64,000 nt of DNA. Origin: Desulfatiglandales bacterium (GTDB lineage: Bacteria; Desulfobacterota; DSM-4660; Desulfatiglandales; HGW-15). Every line of letters starts with the position of its first letter. Position 1 is the first letter of the stretch. Shown in pieces: positions 41,074 through 51,243 of the stretch. A model generated the notes under the pieces. It saw only the letters and a program-made list of their open reading frames with translations, was not told the origin of the DNA and ran no database searches. The DNA is taken from assembly GCA_963667015.2 (NCBI GenBank), contig CAXXJJ010000004.1:1600001-1664000 (forward strand). The letters run 5' to 3'. Position numbers and translations under genes: made by a program.

Positions 41074-41577
41074 TTACATAATTGATTTAAGTGGTAAAAA
41101 CAGGCGAAACGGCTTGTCACAAAGAGGCTTGAAGCCGTATTGTTTGTAAAAAGATATTGCTTTTTCGTTGATAGCATCAACAACCATAGCGTATATAGCT
41201 ATCTCATTGCTGACTGCCATTGTACGTTTTATCGCATCAGCCAGTAATACTCTTCCAACCCCGTTTCCCTGGGCAAATACTGCAACAGCAAGCCGGCCTA
41301 TAAGTGCAGCAGGGATGGGATGTTTCGGCAGTTTTTTTATTAATTTTTCGGGCAGGTTTTTTAATTCAATTGACAGAGAACTAAGGGTGTAATAGCCAAT
41401 TACTTTTTCCATGTTGTCAGGCTGAACAGCAACATAAACACGGCTGATATTTCTTTTATTATCCTGCCCGGCCTGCCTTTGAAGGTAATTATCCAAGGCT
41501 TCAACACCGCATTTAAATCCGGGCCTGCTGTGTGACCGGCTTATAGGTTCTATTATAAGTTTATCAATATCACTCAT
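41074..41577 (-). CDS. GNAT acetyltransferase toxin (TacT/AtaT-like)
   Basis: FKCG..ALD.YL..QA.QD, GYYTL, IPAALIGRLAV...QG.G.G..LL.DA, VVDA..E.A..FY..YGF. Confidence 0.9.
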   Translation of the reverse strand: MSDIDKLIIEPISRSHSRPGFKCGVEALDNYLQRQAGQDNKRNISRVYVAVQPDNMEKVIGYYTLSSLSIELKNLPEKLIKKLPKHPIPAALIGRLAVAVFAQGNGVGRVLLADAIKRTMAVSNEIAIYAMVVDAINEKAISFYKQYGFKPLCDKPFRLFLPLKSIM

Positions 41578-41861
41578 TTATTGTTAACCCTTTGAGAATG
41601 TTCCCCAAGGGCATCTGTCAGTTTTTTATTAAATTTCACACTGCCGGATAATGCATTTAAAAAGACCTTTGAATTCTTTTCATTCAAGGATATTGATTCA
41701 TGCTTGCGAACAGTTTCTTCAGCCCTTTCCATTGCGCTGTTAATAATAAAATTACTAACAGTTTTTCCTTCAAAACTCGCCGCCCGTTCCAAAAGGGTTT
41801 TTAGAGAGCCATTCAGGCGAAGATTTATTCTCTCATTTTTTAATTCAGTTGAAGTCTGCAT
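41574..41861 (-). CDS. DUF1778 ribbon-helix-helix antitoxin (TacA/AtaR-like)
   Basis: ERINLR....K.LLERAA...GKTVS.F....A.E.A; ATGA overlap with the toxin gene. Confidence 0.9.
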   Translation of the reverse strand: MQTSTELKNERINLRLNGSLKTLLERAASFEGKTVSNFIINSAMERAEETVRKHESISLNEKNSKVFLNALSGSVKFNKKLTDALGEHSQRVNNK

Positions 41862-41894
41862 ATTTATATCCTTTTTATTTTTTCAATGACATAA

Positions 41895-41923
41895 ACTGTA
41901 CACCTAAATGGTGCCTTTGTCAA
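41895..41923 (-). promoter_or_regulatory. TA operon promoter with a palindromic operator in the spacer
   Basis: Minus strand TTGACA-17 nt-TACAGT; spacer dyad CACC-ATTTA-GGTG. Confidence 0.7.
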
Positions 41924-42155
41924 CAATCACAACCCGCATTTTTTATCATTATCACTCTGTTCCAAAGGTCCCGAGGGAAAGCTCTTTCTGACGCGCCATG
42001 TCTCATTTGAGTTTCTACATACATTATTGTTTTTTCTATCATAACTTTTATCATTTGAATTATGTATCTCTTCATAGATTATTAACGCAGAGCGTTTAAA
42101 AAAAGGAGTTTCAATGGAGACCGCTGGAACTAGAAGAAAAGTACATTATCAGCAA

Positions 42156-42255
42156 TGTAGGGACAGGCCGGGATGCCTGCCCAACAATGAGGGTTCACAT
42201 CACCAAATACCGGACGGACACACTGGGCCGCCCCTACAATGTTACGACTCAACCT
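42156..42255. repeat. Inverted GTAG-REP pair (REPIN-like) with a MITE-end-like tail
   Basis: tgtagggacaggc..gcctgccc ... gggccgcccctaca, then gttacgactcaacct. Confidence 0.6.
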
Positions 42256-42321
42256 AAGCGACTAAATCCTTTTCACACCGTTAACCCTCAACACTCAACC
42301 AACAACACACAACAAACACAA

Positions 42322-43077
42322 TCATTTTAAATTATTGTCAGCAAAGTGCTCCATAGCAGCACAAAAGAAATCTGCAAGACCAGTTTTATACTTCTCATAA
42401 AACTCTCTGAACTCAGGATTTTCGGCATATGTCACTCCCAGACCTTTATATGTATCGGCATTTGCAGGATAAAAGTTCTCGATCCATGCATGGTGCCGCT
42501 CAACCATTTTTTGAACCTCGGGAGCGTAAGGAGGTAAATTCATTAATTTTGCCATTTCAATGGCAATGGCTCCTCCTTCATCTTTCACTTCCTGCCATTG
42601 CTTTTTATCCATTTTGCCCATTCGTTCCCTGCTGGTTTTAACAAGCTCAGGATCATACTTTTCATCAACCTCTTTTTTATACCTTTTTATCTGCTCTTTA
42701 CTGAAACCCTCATACAGTTCTTCGTCGGTGAGTGCCATAGTGTTCTCCTTATAATCTAAAATGGTTTTATCAAGTGTATTAAGGAGATTTGAAAGCCTTT
42801 CAATTCTTTGTTCAATACTCTTCCTATGACTCACAAGGGCCTGAACTTCATCATATTCCGGATCATCAAGGATGTCCTTTATTTCGGTCAATGAAAAATC
42901 CAGTTCCCTGTAAAAAAGGATCTGCTGCAAACGTAAAAGATCCTCCCGTTGGTATTGCCTGTATCCGGCATCACTGCGAAAGGATGGTTTGAGCAATCCT
43001 GTTTCATCATAATGGTGCAGTGTGCGCACACTTACACCAGCCAGTTTAGCAAGCTTGCTTACAGTATATGTTTTCAT
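42322..43077 (-). CDS. MerR family regulator with a TipAS antibiotic-binding domain (Mta/TipA-like)
   Basis: GVSVRTLHHYD..GLL.P, RLQQILFYRELDF.L; C-terminal YKGLG..Y...PEF..FY. Confidence 0.93.
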   Translation of the reverse strand: MKTYTVSKLAKLAGVSVRTLHHYDETGLLKPSFRSDAGYRQYQREDLLRLQQILFYRELDFSLTEIKDILDDPEYDEVQALVSHRKSIEQRIERLSNLLNTLDKTILDYKENTMALTDEELYEGFSKEQIKRYKKEVDEKYDPELVKTSRERMGKMDKKQWQEVKDEGGAIAIEMAKLMNLPPYAPEVQKMVERHHAWIENFYPANADTYKGLGVTYAENPEFREFYEKYKTGLADFFCAAMEHFADNNLK

Positions 43078-43096
43078 AATCTCCTCACTTGATAAA

Positions 43097-43127
43097 ATGC
43101 TACACTATGACGTAACGGGAGGGTCAA
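43097..43127 (-). promoter_or_regulatory. MerR-type promoter with a 19-bp spacer
   Basis: Minus strand TTGACC-CTCCCGTTACGTCATAGTG-TAGCAT; imperfect dyad in the spacer. Confidence 0.75.
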
Positions 43128-43164
43128 GAGAAATTTATCATTTTTATTAATTATTTTTAAGGAA

Positions 43165-43306
43165 GAGGTAGTTTCAAAACGTTTAAGTTTGCACAAGATC
43201 AAGGAAGGCGAAAATTATAACCACAGGAATACACGAGGTATTTCGAGGATTATAATTTGAGTCTGACACAGATATTGCCCAAAATCGGGCGTTTTGAAAC
43301 TGGCTC
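43165..43306. mobile_element. MITE-like element of about 140 bp
   Basis: TIRs gaggtagtttcaaaacg / cgttttgaaactggctc; internal dyad aaattataa..gaatac / gtattt..ttataattt; non-coding. Confidence 0.7.
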
Positions 43307-43351
43307 AGGAGGTATGTAAATATATTTAGATCAGATTCAAATGATAACTTT

Positions 43352-43378
43352 GGAGACAGGTTTAAAACCTGTCTCTAC
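43352..43378. repeat. GTAG-family REP palindrome
   Basis: gagacaggttt-a-aaacctgtctc followed by tac. Confidence 0.75.
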
Positions 43379-43422
43379 AAAATATTTACAGAATTTCATT
43401 AATACATTTTCCATATAAGCAC

Positions 43423-43671
43423 CTACCTGCCCACCAAGACAATAGCAGCTGTTTCTATGATTATTATTCCAGCCATGATTAATGCAAATTTTAAGAATCG
43501 CCAGCTTGCCTGTGTTAATTCCTTGTCCAGCACAACATCTAAATCACGCTGGCCGGCTCTTCCAAGGAATGCGCTAAAACATTTCATAAAATCCTGAAAG
43601 TTCTTAAACCTGAGTTTGGCAGCAATCACAAATATTATGATATTGATTACTATGATTATTGACTTTGTCAT
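43423..43671 (-). CDS. Small two-TM hypothetical protein
   Basis: ORF with two hydrophobic segments. Confidence 0.55.
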   Translation of the reverse strand: MTKSIIIVINIIIFVIAAKLRFKNFQDFMKCFSAFLGRAGQRDLDVVLDKELTQASWRFLKFALIMAGIIIIETAAIVLVGR

Positions 43672-43750
43672 TATACAATAATGCCCCGCTTTTTTGGGAA
43701 GCCGGCCTCCTGTCAGGTTTTTCGGTGAAGGACAGTCCTATAAAACTGCC

Positions 43751-44116
43751 CTATTCATAGTTAATTCTACGACGCCGTTTTGAATTTCCCGGTACAATCC
43801 AGCCGCACAGAAAAAATTCAATCACTACCCTTATCTTATCAGAAAGAGAATAGTCAGATTGAAAAGCGCCATTTACTCCGGAAGGATCTTTGGAACCGGT
43901 ATTCTTCAGGTAATCGAAAATGAGTTCGGAAGCACGGGAAAAATCATTTTCATTCACCATAATCGTTTTTTCATTATACAGGGGGATACAGGGACCTATT
44001 CGCAATGATCCGAAATAATCATTATGAACAAAGAAAGGAATCCCTTCACCCTCAAGAAGGCTTCGAATCAGGGCCAGGTCAACTTCTGTTTGCGGCGAAT
44101 AGAGTTTTATCATCAT
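43751..44116 (-). CDS. DUF2007 (putative signal-transducing) domain protein
   Basis: LALIRSLLEGEGIPFFV.N..FGSL, IMV.E.D..RA.ELI. Confidence 0.8.
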   Translation of the reverse strand: MMIKLYSPQTEVDLALIRSLLEGEGIPFFVHNDYFGSLRIGPCIPLYNEKTIMVNENDFSRASELIFDYLKNTGSKDPSGVNGAFQSDYSLSDKIRVVIEFFLCGWIVPGNSKRRRRINYE

Positions 44117-44397
44117 TCCCTTAAAAATTTACAGGTTAGATTATTAAACCGAGCCTGTTAAAGATACTTTCTACTGCATTTATATCAGGTCACAGCACCA
44201 TTTTCTATTTTTATCAGGCTGTCTTTATACAGTGTTTCTGTTTCCATTATTACTTCTCAATGTATACGGCCTTGCGTAAATGTCATAAAGGATTCCCGAT
44301 TCTGCTGAAGTAAATGGTTAAGTTGATCTCTGAATTCAATACTGTTTTTGGAGTTATTTAGCTTTATAGAACCCCTTTCCCAGCTCCATGTCCAGTA

Positions 44398-44640
44398 TCA
44401 AAGGCTGCCGCCAGTGTTACCATTTCCGATATGATTACCTCTCCTTCTGTGTTTGATTTCGGAGAATAAAACAAAAGGCCATAGTAGAAACGCTAATAGC
44501 ACAAAAAGCTCAGGAATAATCATTATCTTCTCGAAACTCGTTACACTTTTCGGATTAATCTTTTTATCTTTATTGATGCGCCAGACAAATACTCCTATCC
44601 CAATTAAAGCGTATATTACAGCTATAATTACCCAGGTCAT
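44398..44640 (-). CDS. Small two-TM hypothetical protein
   Basis: RBS gaggga; TM-loop-TM with LLWP. Confidence 0.55.
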   Translation of the reverse strand: MTWVIIAVIYALIGIGVFVWRINKDKKINPKSVTSFEKIMIIPELFVLLAFLLWPFVLFSEIKHRRRGNHIGNGNTGGSL

Positions 44641-45026
44641 TTTAATCCCTCTCTGTAAATAGATTATTCTACTGATCTATAATCTTTACAAATCAAACGT
44701 TTTACAGAAAACTTGTATTTAGAAGTGAGTGTCCGCAATGATCAATATTAATACTCTATTCCCGGTTTATTTAAATACAAAAAATAATTACTGCTGTCTC
44801 TGTAACAATGAAGAGGTTGGATTCTAATATAAATATAAACTCAATGCTGTTTCAGGATTGTCACATTTCCGCGCAAAGTATGTCATTTACACAGGAGCAG
44901 AATATTTTGATGATAGGATCCCTGTGCCACACTGTTGTGATTAATCTTTTCAATTATCTTGATAATTGCCTCTTCCAGACTCTGCATATTTGCAATCTGT
45001 CGTTTTTCTTCGGTCTCGCTACTATT

Positions 45027-45494
45027 TTATTCCGGATCAAACTGCCAGCTCTCTTTTCTCGATGTAGCGAAGACGATTCCGTTTCCATTTTTATAGTCGC
45101 CATTCCTGGCGACTAACTCACCGTTGCCCGGTATTTTAATGTGGTAACGTTTATTGGTCATCACTGTTCTATTTTTGAGCGCATCTTCCATCGTTCTGAT
45201 TTTATCGTCGTAGGACGAAAGATTATCTAATTGCTTTTGGTACGGCTGAAGCATGGCGTCAATTTCTTCCACCTGTTTTTCGGCCATATCCTTCATTTCA
45301 TACAGCTCTGCTTCAACCTGCTTCGCTGTCGCTGATGCTAAAACAGCTTTTGCCGACCCATAGCTTATTAAACCAGCCGCAGCTAAGACTCCTATGAATC
45401 CACCTAATATCATCCACACCTTTCCTTTTTGGATTAACAGATAGTCTTTCCGGATTTGCCCCACTAATTTATCAAATTCATCTGAATCCATCAT
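45027..45494 (-). CDS. Membrane-anchored coiled-coil hypothetical protein
   Basis: RBS gaggag; one TM helix then coiled coil. Confidence 0.65.
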   Translation of the reverse strand: MMDSDEFDKLVGQIRKDYLLIQKGKVWMILGGFIGVLAAAGLISYGSAKAVLASATAKQVEAELYEMKDMAEKQVEEIDAMLQPYQKQLDNLSSYDDKIRTMEDALKNRTVMTNKRYHIKIPGNGELVARNGDYKNGNGIVFATSRKESWQFDPE

Positions 45495-45857
45495 CGCTCC
45501 TCCCTGTCAAAAAAACTTATCATTTGAACAACAAGTTACTCTATGAATCTGTGAATCTTTATAAATAGAAAGTTATGCAGAAAGATTTTTATATAATGAA
45601 CCGGAATTTGTTTTTTGAGTCTACTGTTCAGGAACTGATAAAAACTAATAAGCGCTTATTATTAATGATTTCTTTAGGTTGTTTTTTTTACATTTAGGAG
45701 AATTGCTCGCATTGGCATTTCTCCTATATAGCAAATAATCAGAGCGAATTTCAAATGTATTTTCATTTGTTAAAACAGCAGATAGAACTAAAATCTTGAT
45801 TTTTGAATCTTGTCGAAGATCCAGTGTTGTGTACGGGAAATTTTGAACAAAATCCCT

Positions 45858-46131
45858 AACAGTCTTCAGCCTGCTGCTACAGACTATCAACCTGTTTTTT
45901 GTAACTGATCGCTGAATAGAGTTATTTAGTTTTTAAAGAATTTTGCTCGATCCCACGTCCCCGTGGGATCGCCTGTTTTGATGCTCTGCGTCGCGTTGCT
46001 AACCTTTGCATACTTCAAAGGTTTGATCTTGATCCTGCTTACATTATTATGCCATCTGTCCAATCCCAATATCTGGCTTACCCTTTAATGGATGACCCCG
46101 CTTTTCAACATAAACTTTAAAACTTAACAGC
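45858..46131. repeat. Imperfect direct repeat, copy 1 (second copy 52913-53166)
   Basis: Shared blocks cgcctgttttgatgctctgcg, caatcccaatatc.ggcttaccctttaatg and cataaactttaaaacttaacagc. Confidence 0.85.
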
Positions 46132-46162
46132 TGTCAACTTTCGTTTAAAACTGAGCCACTTT
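46132..46162. mobile_element. Orphan IS21-family-like terminal repeat
   Basis: TGTCAACTTTCGTTTAAAACTGAGCCACTTT; repeat homology stops exactly at its first base. Confidence 0.5.
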
Positions 46163-46253
46163 ACCCTTGATTCTGATCTAACTTCATCGTTTCCTTTTCA
46201 TTATTTTTTCTGAGTCTATAACATCACCTCTCCCCACTTAATTCAATATATTA

Positions 46254-47923
46254 CCTGAATTTTGCACGAAAACGCATTTTCTATAGTTTATTATTCAATT
46301 TTTATAAAGCTTATTTCTCCGTGCAAGAAATTTTGTGCACGAAGTACAACCAACTCAAATTACAGCTAAATTATTGCCGCACCAAGGTTTAGGCACTGCT
46401 CTCTTCATATCCAAATATTCCATGAACGACAGTAAGGCAGGTGTTCGGCTATCATGGATAGAGTACCTGACTTTATTCCGGTTTGATGCCATGACAACCT
46501 TTGCGGCAATCATCAGCAAACGCAACCTTGCTATACGAACAGTATTTGTTTTTATCCCTTTAAGTGAAGCAGCCTGCGGTGCTGCCTCATCAGGTTGTTT
46601 GTCTTTGCAACTATTCTCAGCCATTATTTTCAAGTAGCGCCAGATATTATAGGCCAGCATTACAACTTGAAAATAAGCATAGTTATTTTTGAAACGTGAT
46701 GAAGGAATGGCGTCAAGCCCTTCACGTTTTGATTCACCCACCAGGTTTTCAACATCTGCACGTTTATCATACAGGGCAATGACCTTATGAGCTTTTTGCC
46801 TGAGATCAGTGCTGAATATACGATAAGTATATTTATCTTCTTCAAACAGTTCGTACTGAGTATTTTGATCTTTGATATTTTCTTTGGGCATTCTCATTGC
46901 AACAAACCTGACAGGTTCCTCCCACCCCTGAGGCTGGTATACGCAACTGTTGTACTCACACGCCTGTTTTTTGTTAGGCTGATACCAAAGTCGGGGATCA
47001 AATGGAGGATTGCATCCTTTGTTAGCAAAAATAAAATTATAGCCTTCTTCTATGCATTCATGAACACTTTCTGCACTTTGGAATTCCCCATCCCCACGTA
47101 CCAAAACCTGTTCAACGCAGCCAGGCAGCTGGCTTTTTATTTGGGAAATAAATTCCGCAGTTTCGATGCCTCCCATGGTTTCACCTCTACGAAGTTTGCC
47201 GATCAGATATTCCCTGCTTTCCTCAATAAAACACAGGACTGGTCGATAGCCTTTCTTTCCGCGGTTTTTAGTGTTGTGGCCTTTCCGAGCCCCCTGTTGA
47301 TCTCCAAAAACTGTCTCGACTGTTGTGTCTATATCTAAGCAAACTTTGCGATAAGAAATATTGTTAAGGCTCCAGACACGCTCTCTAAGGACTGCCATTA
47401 CATTCAGTAAGGATTTCCCCTGATTGAGACCCATACTATTAACGTATCGCCAAAAAGTACTGGCAACAGGCAAGCTGGTAACCCTAAAAAATCCGCAAAG
47501 CATCGAATCAAAACGTAAATATGAAAAATGCCATACCCTGTTGAAGCCTATAAATAGTAGCGTCAGCAGACCGACTACCATAGAATAGTGTCCCAGCTTG
47601 GGTTTCCGGCTAGGGGCTTTATATACAGATTCAAATATTTCCCGAAAATCAATCAGGTCTATAAATTTTATAATGGCCAAAAGCCCGCCAAATGGGCTTA
47701 GCTGTTCACTGCATGTGTCATATGCTGTAGATGCATTGATATTTCTGGCATTTGAGTGATCTGTCTGGGTTCCTTTATTGTTGTACTTCTTAGTGAATTT
47801 TGATTTATTAGCTTTTACCATCTGGGTATCTCCTGTATTTATGGTTGTCTTTGTCAACTCCCATAATAACAGCGGTTCCCAGATGGTTTCTATGTTTTTT
47901 TATTTTTTAATGCAAAATTCAGG
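46254..47923 (-). mobile_element. IS1380-family insertion sequence, intact
   Basis: TIRs CCTGAATTTTGCA / TGCAAAATTCAGG; 5-bp target duplication TATTA (46249-46253 and 47924-47928). Confidence 0.9.
46355..47821 (-). CDS. IS1380-family DDE transposase
   Basis: LDIDTTV...G.QQGA, GYRP, VRGDGEF, Y.KRA.VEN...E.K, N.AYFQ...LAYN; RBS aggag before ATG 47821. Confidence 0.9.
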   Translation of the reverse strand: MVKANKSKFTKKYNNKGTQTDHSNARNINASTAYDTCSEQLSPFGGLLAIIKFIDLIDFREIFESVYKAPSRKPKLGHYSMVVGLLTLLFIGFNRVWHFSYLRFDSMLCGFFRVTSLPVASTFWRYVNSMGLNQGKSLLNVMAVLRERVWSLNNISYRKVCLDIDTTVETVFGDQQGARKGHNTKNRGKKGYRPVLCFIEESREYLIGKLRRGETMGGIETAEFISQIKSQLPGCVEQVLVRGDGEFQSAESVHECIEEGYNFIFANKGCNPPFDPRLWYQPNKKQACEYNSCVYQPQGWEEPVRFVAMRMPKENIKDQNTQYELFEEDKYTYRIFSTDLRQKAHKVIALYDKRADVENLVGESKREGLDAIPSSRFKNNYAYFQVVMLAYNIWRYLKIMAENSCKDKQPDEAAPQAASLKGIKTNTVRIARLRLLMIAAKVVMASNRNKVRYSIHDSRTPALLSFMEYLDMKRAVPKPWCGNNLAVI

Positions 47924-48027
47924 TATTAATTCAGAAGAGTTTTGCTATTTTAAGGCGCTCAATAAAAGTTGCAAATTGGAGGATAATAAAATGACATTAA
48001 GGTAGCCCCTTCCACATATACAGCTTA

Positions 48028-50457
48028 TTACAAATTAGCCGAAAGAACGCTTGATTTGATTCTCTTAAAATTTGGAGGCAAATGCCAACCGCCTATGCTT
48101 TCTCTCATTTTTTCTTGCTCAAAGAAATGTTTCAATTTTTTTGCTGATTCATCTGTAATGGGTCTTCTCAAACGAGCAAACACTTTTATACGCGTATCTA
48201 AAAATTCATAAAAATAGGGACCCATTTTTGTAATAATTCCTTTTTTCATTAAAGTACGAGCAAAACTTGAACACGCTTGCTTAGTGATTCCCAGTTTATC
48301 CGCAATAAAATAAATATCACGGATATTAAAATCATCAGTGCGCCTAAATGACAATAGGTTTAATATAGTCTCCTTCTGCCAATTAGATTGTATTATATCT
48401 AGGTATTTTGCATCAAGATCGGCTAAATCCTTTAGTCGCCTTTCCATTGCTGAAGACACGTCTGATTCGGTTATTATTAAGGGTCTTATGTTTTCAGACT
48501 TTGTTCTCTTTATAGCTTCAGCAACTGAGTAACGTCCAAAAAAATGAACAAAAAAAGGCATTCCTCGTGCAGACTCTGATAATTGTTTGATAGCATCGGG
48601 AGTGAATGTAAATTGTCCCCTACTCCTCGCTATTTCCTTATTAATAATTTCACCACATTCATCTTCGTCCATTTTACTAACCAATATCTGCCCCTCAGCG
48701 ATTTGTCTTGGTACTGAAGCATGTTCTTGCACAAGTAAAACAACATCTGTTGCGGTCCCAGATATTATGTATTTTATAAATGGATTGTTCTTCATATGGC
48801 TGGCGAACCCCTTCTTATCGGCTATAACATCAAACTCATCCAATACTATTGTTAATGGTGAGTCATTCCATAATTTGCTAATCAAATAGGCAATATTAGT
48901 AAACAGCTTTTCAGCAATATTCATCGTTTCAGGAGTTCTACCAAAATCATAAATTTTCTTTATTTGCCCAAATGTCATTTCATTTGATGGTTTCATCAAC
49001 TCATCTTTAATTCTTTTTGAATCGAGCAAAATGCCAAAATTTAAGGGACCAGCCTTATCTAGTAACAAAGAGATGAAGACATCTGGAATAGTTTTATCAA
49101 TATTACTATCGCAACTATAATACACCACTGGTAAATTAAACCCCTCATCAGGTAATTCTTCATAGTTCAATTTAAGGCTATTTAATAGTTTGTTATGACC
49201 TCCGGATGCGATATGACCTAACTGAATAGCTAAAGAACTTTTTCCAACACCGGCTTTACCATAAATTGCTATAGAAGCACCTTCCGCTTTTAACACGCCG
49301 ATACCCTTAGCTAGTTCTTCCCTTCTTCCAACAAAAAGTGACTCGTTATCCTGAGCCTTAGCAACAGTAAAATAATTATATATATCAATGCCTTTTCTGA
49401 TTTTTGTGGGTATTGTTTGATTCCTTGGCAATCTTTTATTTTGACTCAATCTTTTTTCACCAACTAGTGGCAAGTTGTTCAAAGTCCAAATACCATCCTG
49501 GGATGTCTTTTTATAAAATATTTTAGGTATCCACCCCCCCCCAGTTTCATCAAATGACCTTAAAAATATTTTTGCTCTATTCTCTCTAAAAAGTATTTGA
49601 GTAATATTGTATCCAGTTTCCTTTTCAGGTGCTTCATAGCATGTTCCTCCTGATATTTTAACATGGTGATCAATCCGAGTTACCCAGTCTTTATGTTCAT
49701 GTCCATGCAGCAAAAAATCAAAATTTAACTCTATTCTACGGCTGACACGGTTTTCCTCATATTCATTTAACCAATTGGAGGGATGATGACATAATAAAAT
49801 CTTTATATCTGCATTTTGTGATTTATTTATAACTTCATCAAGTTGCCAAAGGCCAAGCCATAATTTACCTTTTTCACGATCACCTGACGATGACCAAGCT
49901 GTATTAATACCAGAAATTGAAATAAGAATATCTCCGACCTGTATCTCTCTCGAAAACCATAATCTCTGCAGGTCTTGTAGTAAGTGGTTATACTTATATC
50001 TACTAAGTGCCTGTCTGTAACTAGCAAGACGTTCAATATAACGCAACCACTGCTGATCTCGTTTATACATGAGATCATTAATTATTTGAGGTTGAGAACA
50101 CTCTAAAAGCCATTTGGTTTGATCTATAGTAACTTTCTGTCTATTCACATCATGATTTCCAGGAACTATGAAAATAGCTTTTTTGGGTATAATCGGATCA
50201 AAAATATTTCTCACATCATCAAGCACTTCAAAAAATTTATCATACTGTTTTTTTATTGTTTTTTTCTTGCCGATGTAACCAAAAACCAAATCTCCGGTAA
50301 AAAAAATTAAATCTGGCCTTAAATCATACCTGTCTCTAGCACATTTCAGATCATCCATGAGTGCTTTGAAATGTTTTTTTGAGTTCCAATCAAAGTTAGG
50401 GTTTCCAAGATGAGTATCAGATAAGTGTAACCATGTAAGTGTGCTTGGGTTGTTCAT
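48028..50457 (-). CDS. Calcineurin-like metallophosphoesterase fused to a STAND-type P-loop ATPase and winged helix
   Basis: LHLSDTH, FTGDL, VPGNHD, CHHP, LHGHEH; FVGRREEL, GKAGVGKS, IVLDEFD, GMPF. Confidence 0.85.
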   Translation of the reverse strand: MNNPSTLTWLHLSDTHLGNPNFDWNSKKHFKALMDDLKCARDRYDLRPDLIFFTGDLVFGYIGKKKTIKKQYDKFFEVLDDVRNIFDPIIPKKAIFIVPGNHDVNRQKVTIDQTKWLLECSQPQIINDLMYKRDQQWLRYIERLASYRQALSRYKYNHLLQDLQRLWFSREIQVGDILISISGINTAWSSSGDREKGKLWLGLWQLDEVINKSQNADIKILLCHHPSNWLNEYEENRVSRRIELNFDFLLHGHEHKDWVTRIDHHVKISGGTCYEAPEKETGYNITQILFRENRAKIFLRSFDETGGGWIPKIFYKKTSQDGIWTLNNLPLVGEKRLSQNKRLPRNQTIPTKIRKGIDIYNYFTVAKAQDNESLFVGRREELAKGIGVLKAEGASIAIYGKAGVGKSSLAIQLGHIASGGHNKLLNSLKLNYEELPDEGFNLPVVYYSCDSNIDKTIPDVFISLLLDKAGPLNFGILLDSKRIKDELMKPSNEMTFGQIKKIYDFGRTPETMNIAEKLFTNIAYLISKLWNDSPLTIVLDEFDVIADKKGFASHMKNNPFIKYIISGTATDVVLLVQEHASVPRQIAEGQILVSKMDEDECGEIINKEIARSRGQFTFTPDAIKQLSESARGMPFFVHFFGRYSVAEAIKRTKSENIRPLIITESDVSSAMERRLKDLADLDAKYLDIIQSNWQKETILNLLSFRRTDDFNIRDIYFIADKLGITKQACSSFARTLMKKGIITKMGPYFYEFLDTRIKVFARLRRPITDESAKKLKHFFEQEKMRESIGGWHLPPNFKRIKSSVLSANL

Positions 50458-50822
50458 AAATTGTTATCTCACTTTCATAAAATATACAAAAAAGCTCACA
50501 TATACCGTTGCCCATTGTTATACAAATTATAGTTGCTCAATAAAAATATATTTAAAAAACAGTTTTCAGTTTGCCTTAGGCGGATAAACGAAAAGACTTT
50601 TAACGCAGTAATCTGTTGACCTGAAATAAAACAACTAATTAGATTTAGGACTAATGAATTGAAAAAGCAAGAAAAAACTAGCTGGCGGGTCATGAAAGCT
50701 ATGCCAGGTCAGGGAAGCTGTTTAGACTATAACCAGTAGGGATGATAGATTCAATGTTCAAGATTATTAAATAAAATGAAGCAGTCTGAAAGTCGTTAGG
50801 AAAAACAAGGAAAAATATAGGC

Positions 50823-50864
50823 CTTCACTTTTCACATCCTTACTGACAACTGTGAAAAGTGGAG
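50823..50864 (-). terminator. Terminator after the FlgC-like gene
   Basis: cttcacttttcaca / tgtgaaaagtggag stem. Confidence 0.55.
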
Positions 50865-51243
50865 ACCTAACACCCTTTCTTTCTCTTAACATTAGGATAA
50901 AAGATATACCCGTCTGAATCTGCATCAGGATGTCCGGGATCAAAGACTGTTTTCAGATCTCCGGGGACACCTGTAATTTTTACCATCTCAAAATCCTTAT
51001 TTACTATAAGACTCCTTCTTCTATAGGGCCCGCCTGTAACAGTCATGGTGGTATTTACATTTGCCATGTTCATATAATAAACATTTATCGAAGTCTTAGT
51101 CGTTTTCAGTATCTTTGCCATTTCTTCCAGTAACCCTTTTTGATCAGGTATTCTGTAAATCAAAGGATCTTCGGATATGGCTTCTACTCTATAGTTCCTG
51201 TTCTTTAAAAAATCACGGCGCGTTTCTGGGACAATGTCTCAAC

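Noticed and set aside
44808..45116. Possible IS91-like transposase tail or plus-strand 102-aa ORF
   Set aside because: The similarity is too weak and is interrupted by the 29-bp end motif; the ORF overlaps a better gene on the other strand
51200..51235. Apparent twin-arginine motif ETRRDFLK upstream of the FlgC-like ORF
   Set aside because: Created by the IS-target junction; the reconstructed gene reads EFCDFLK
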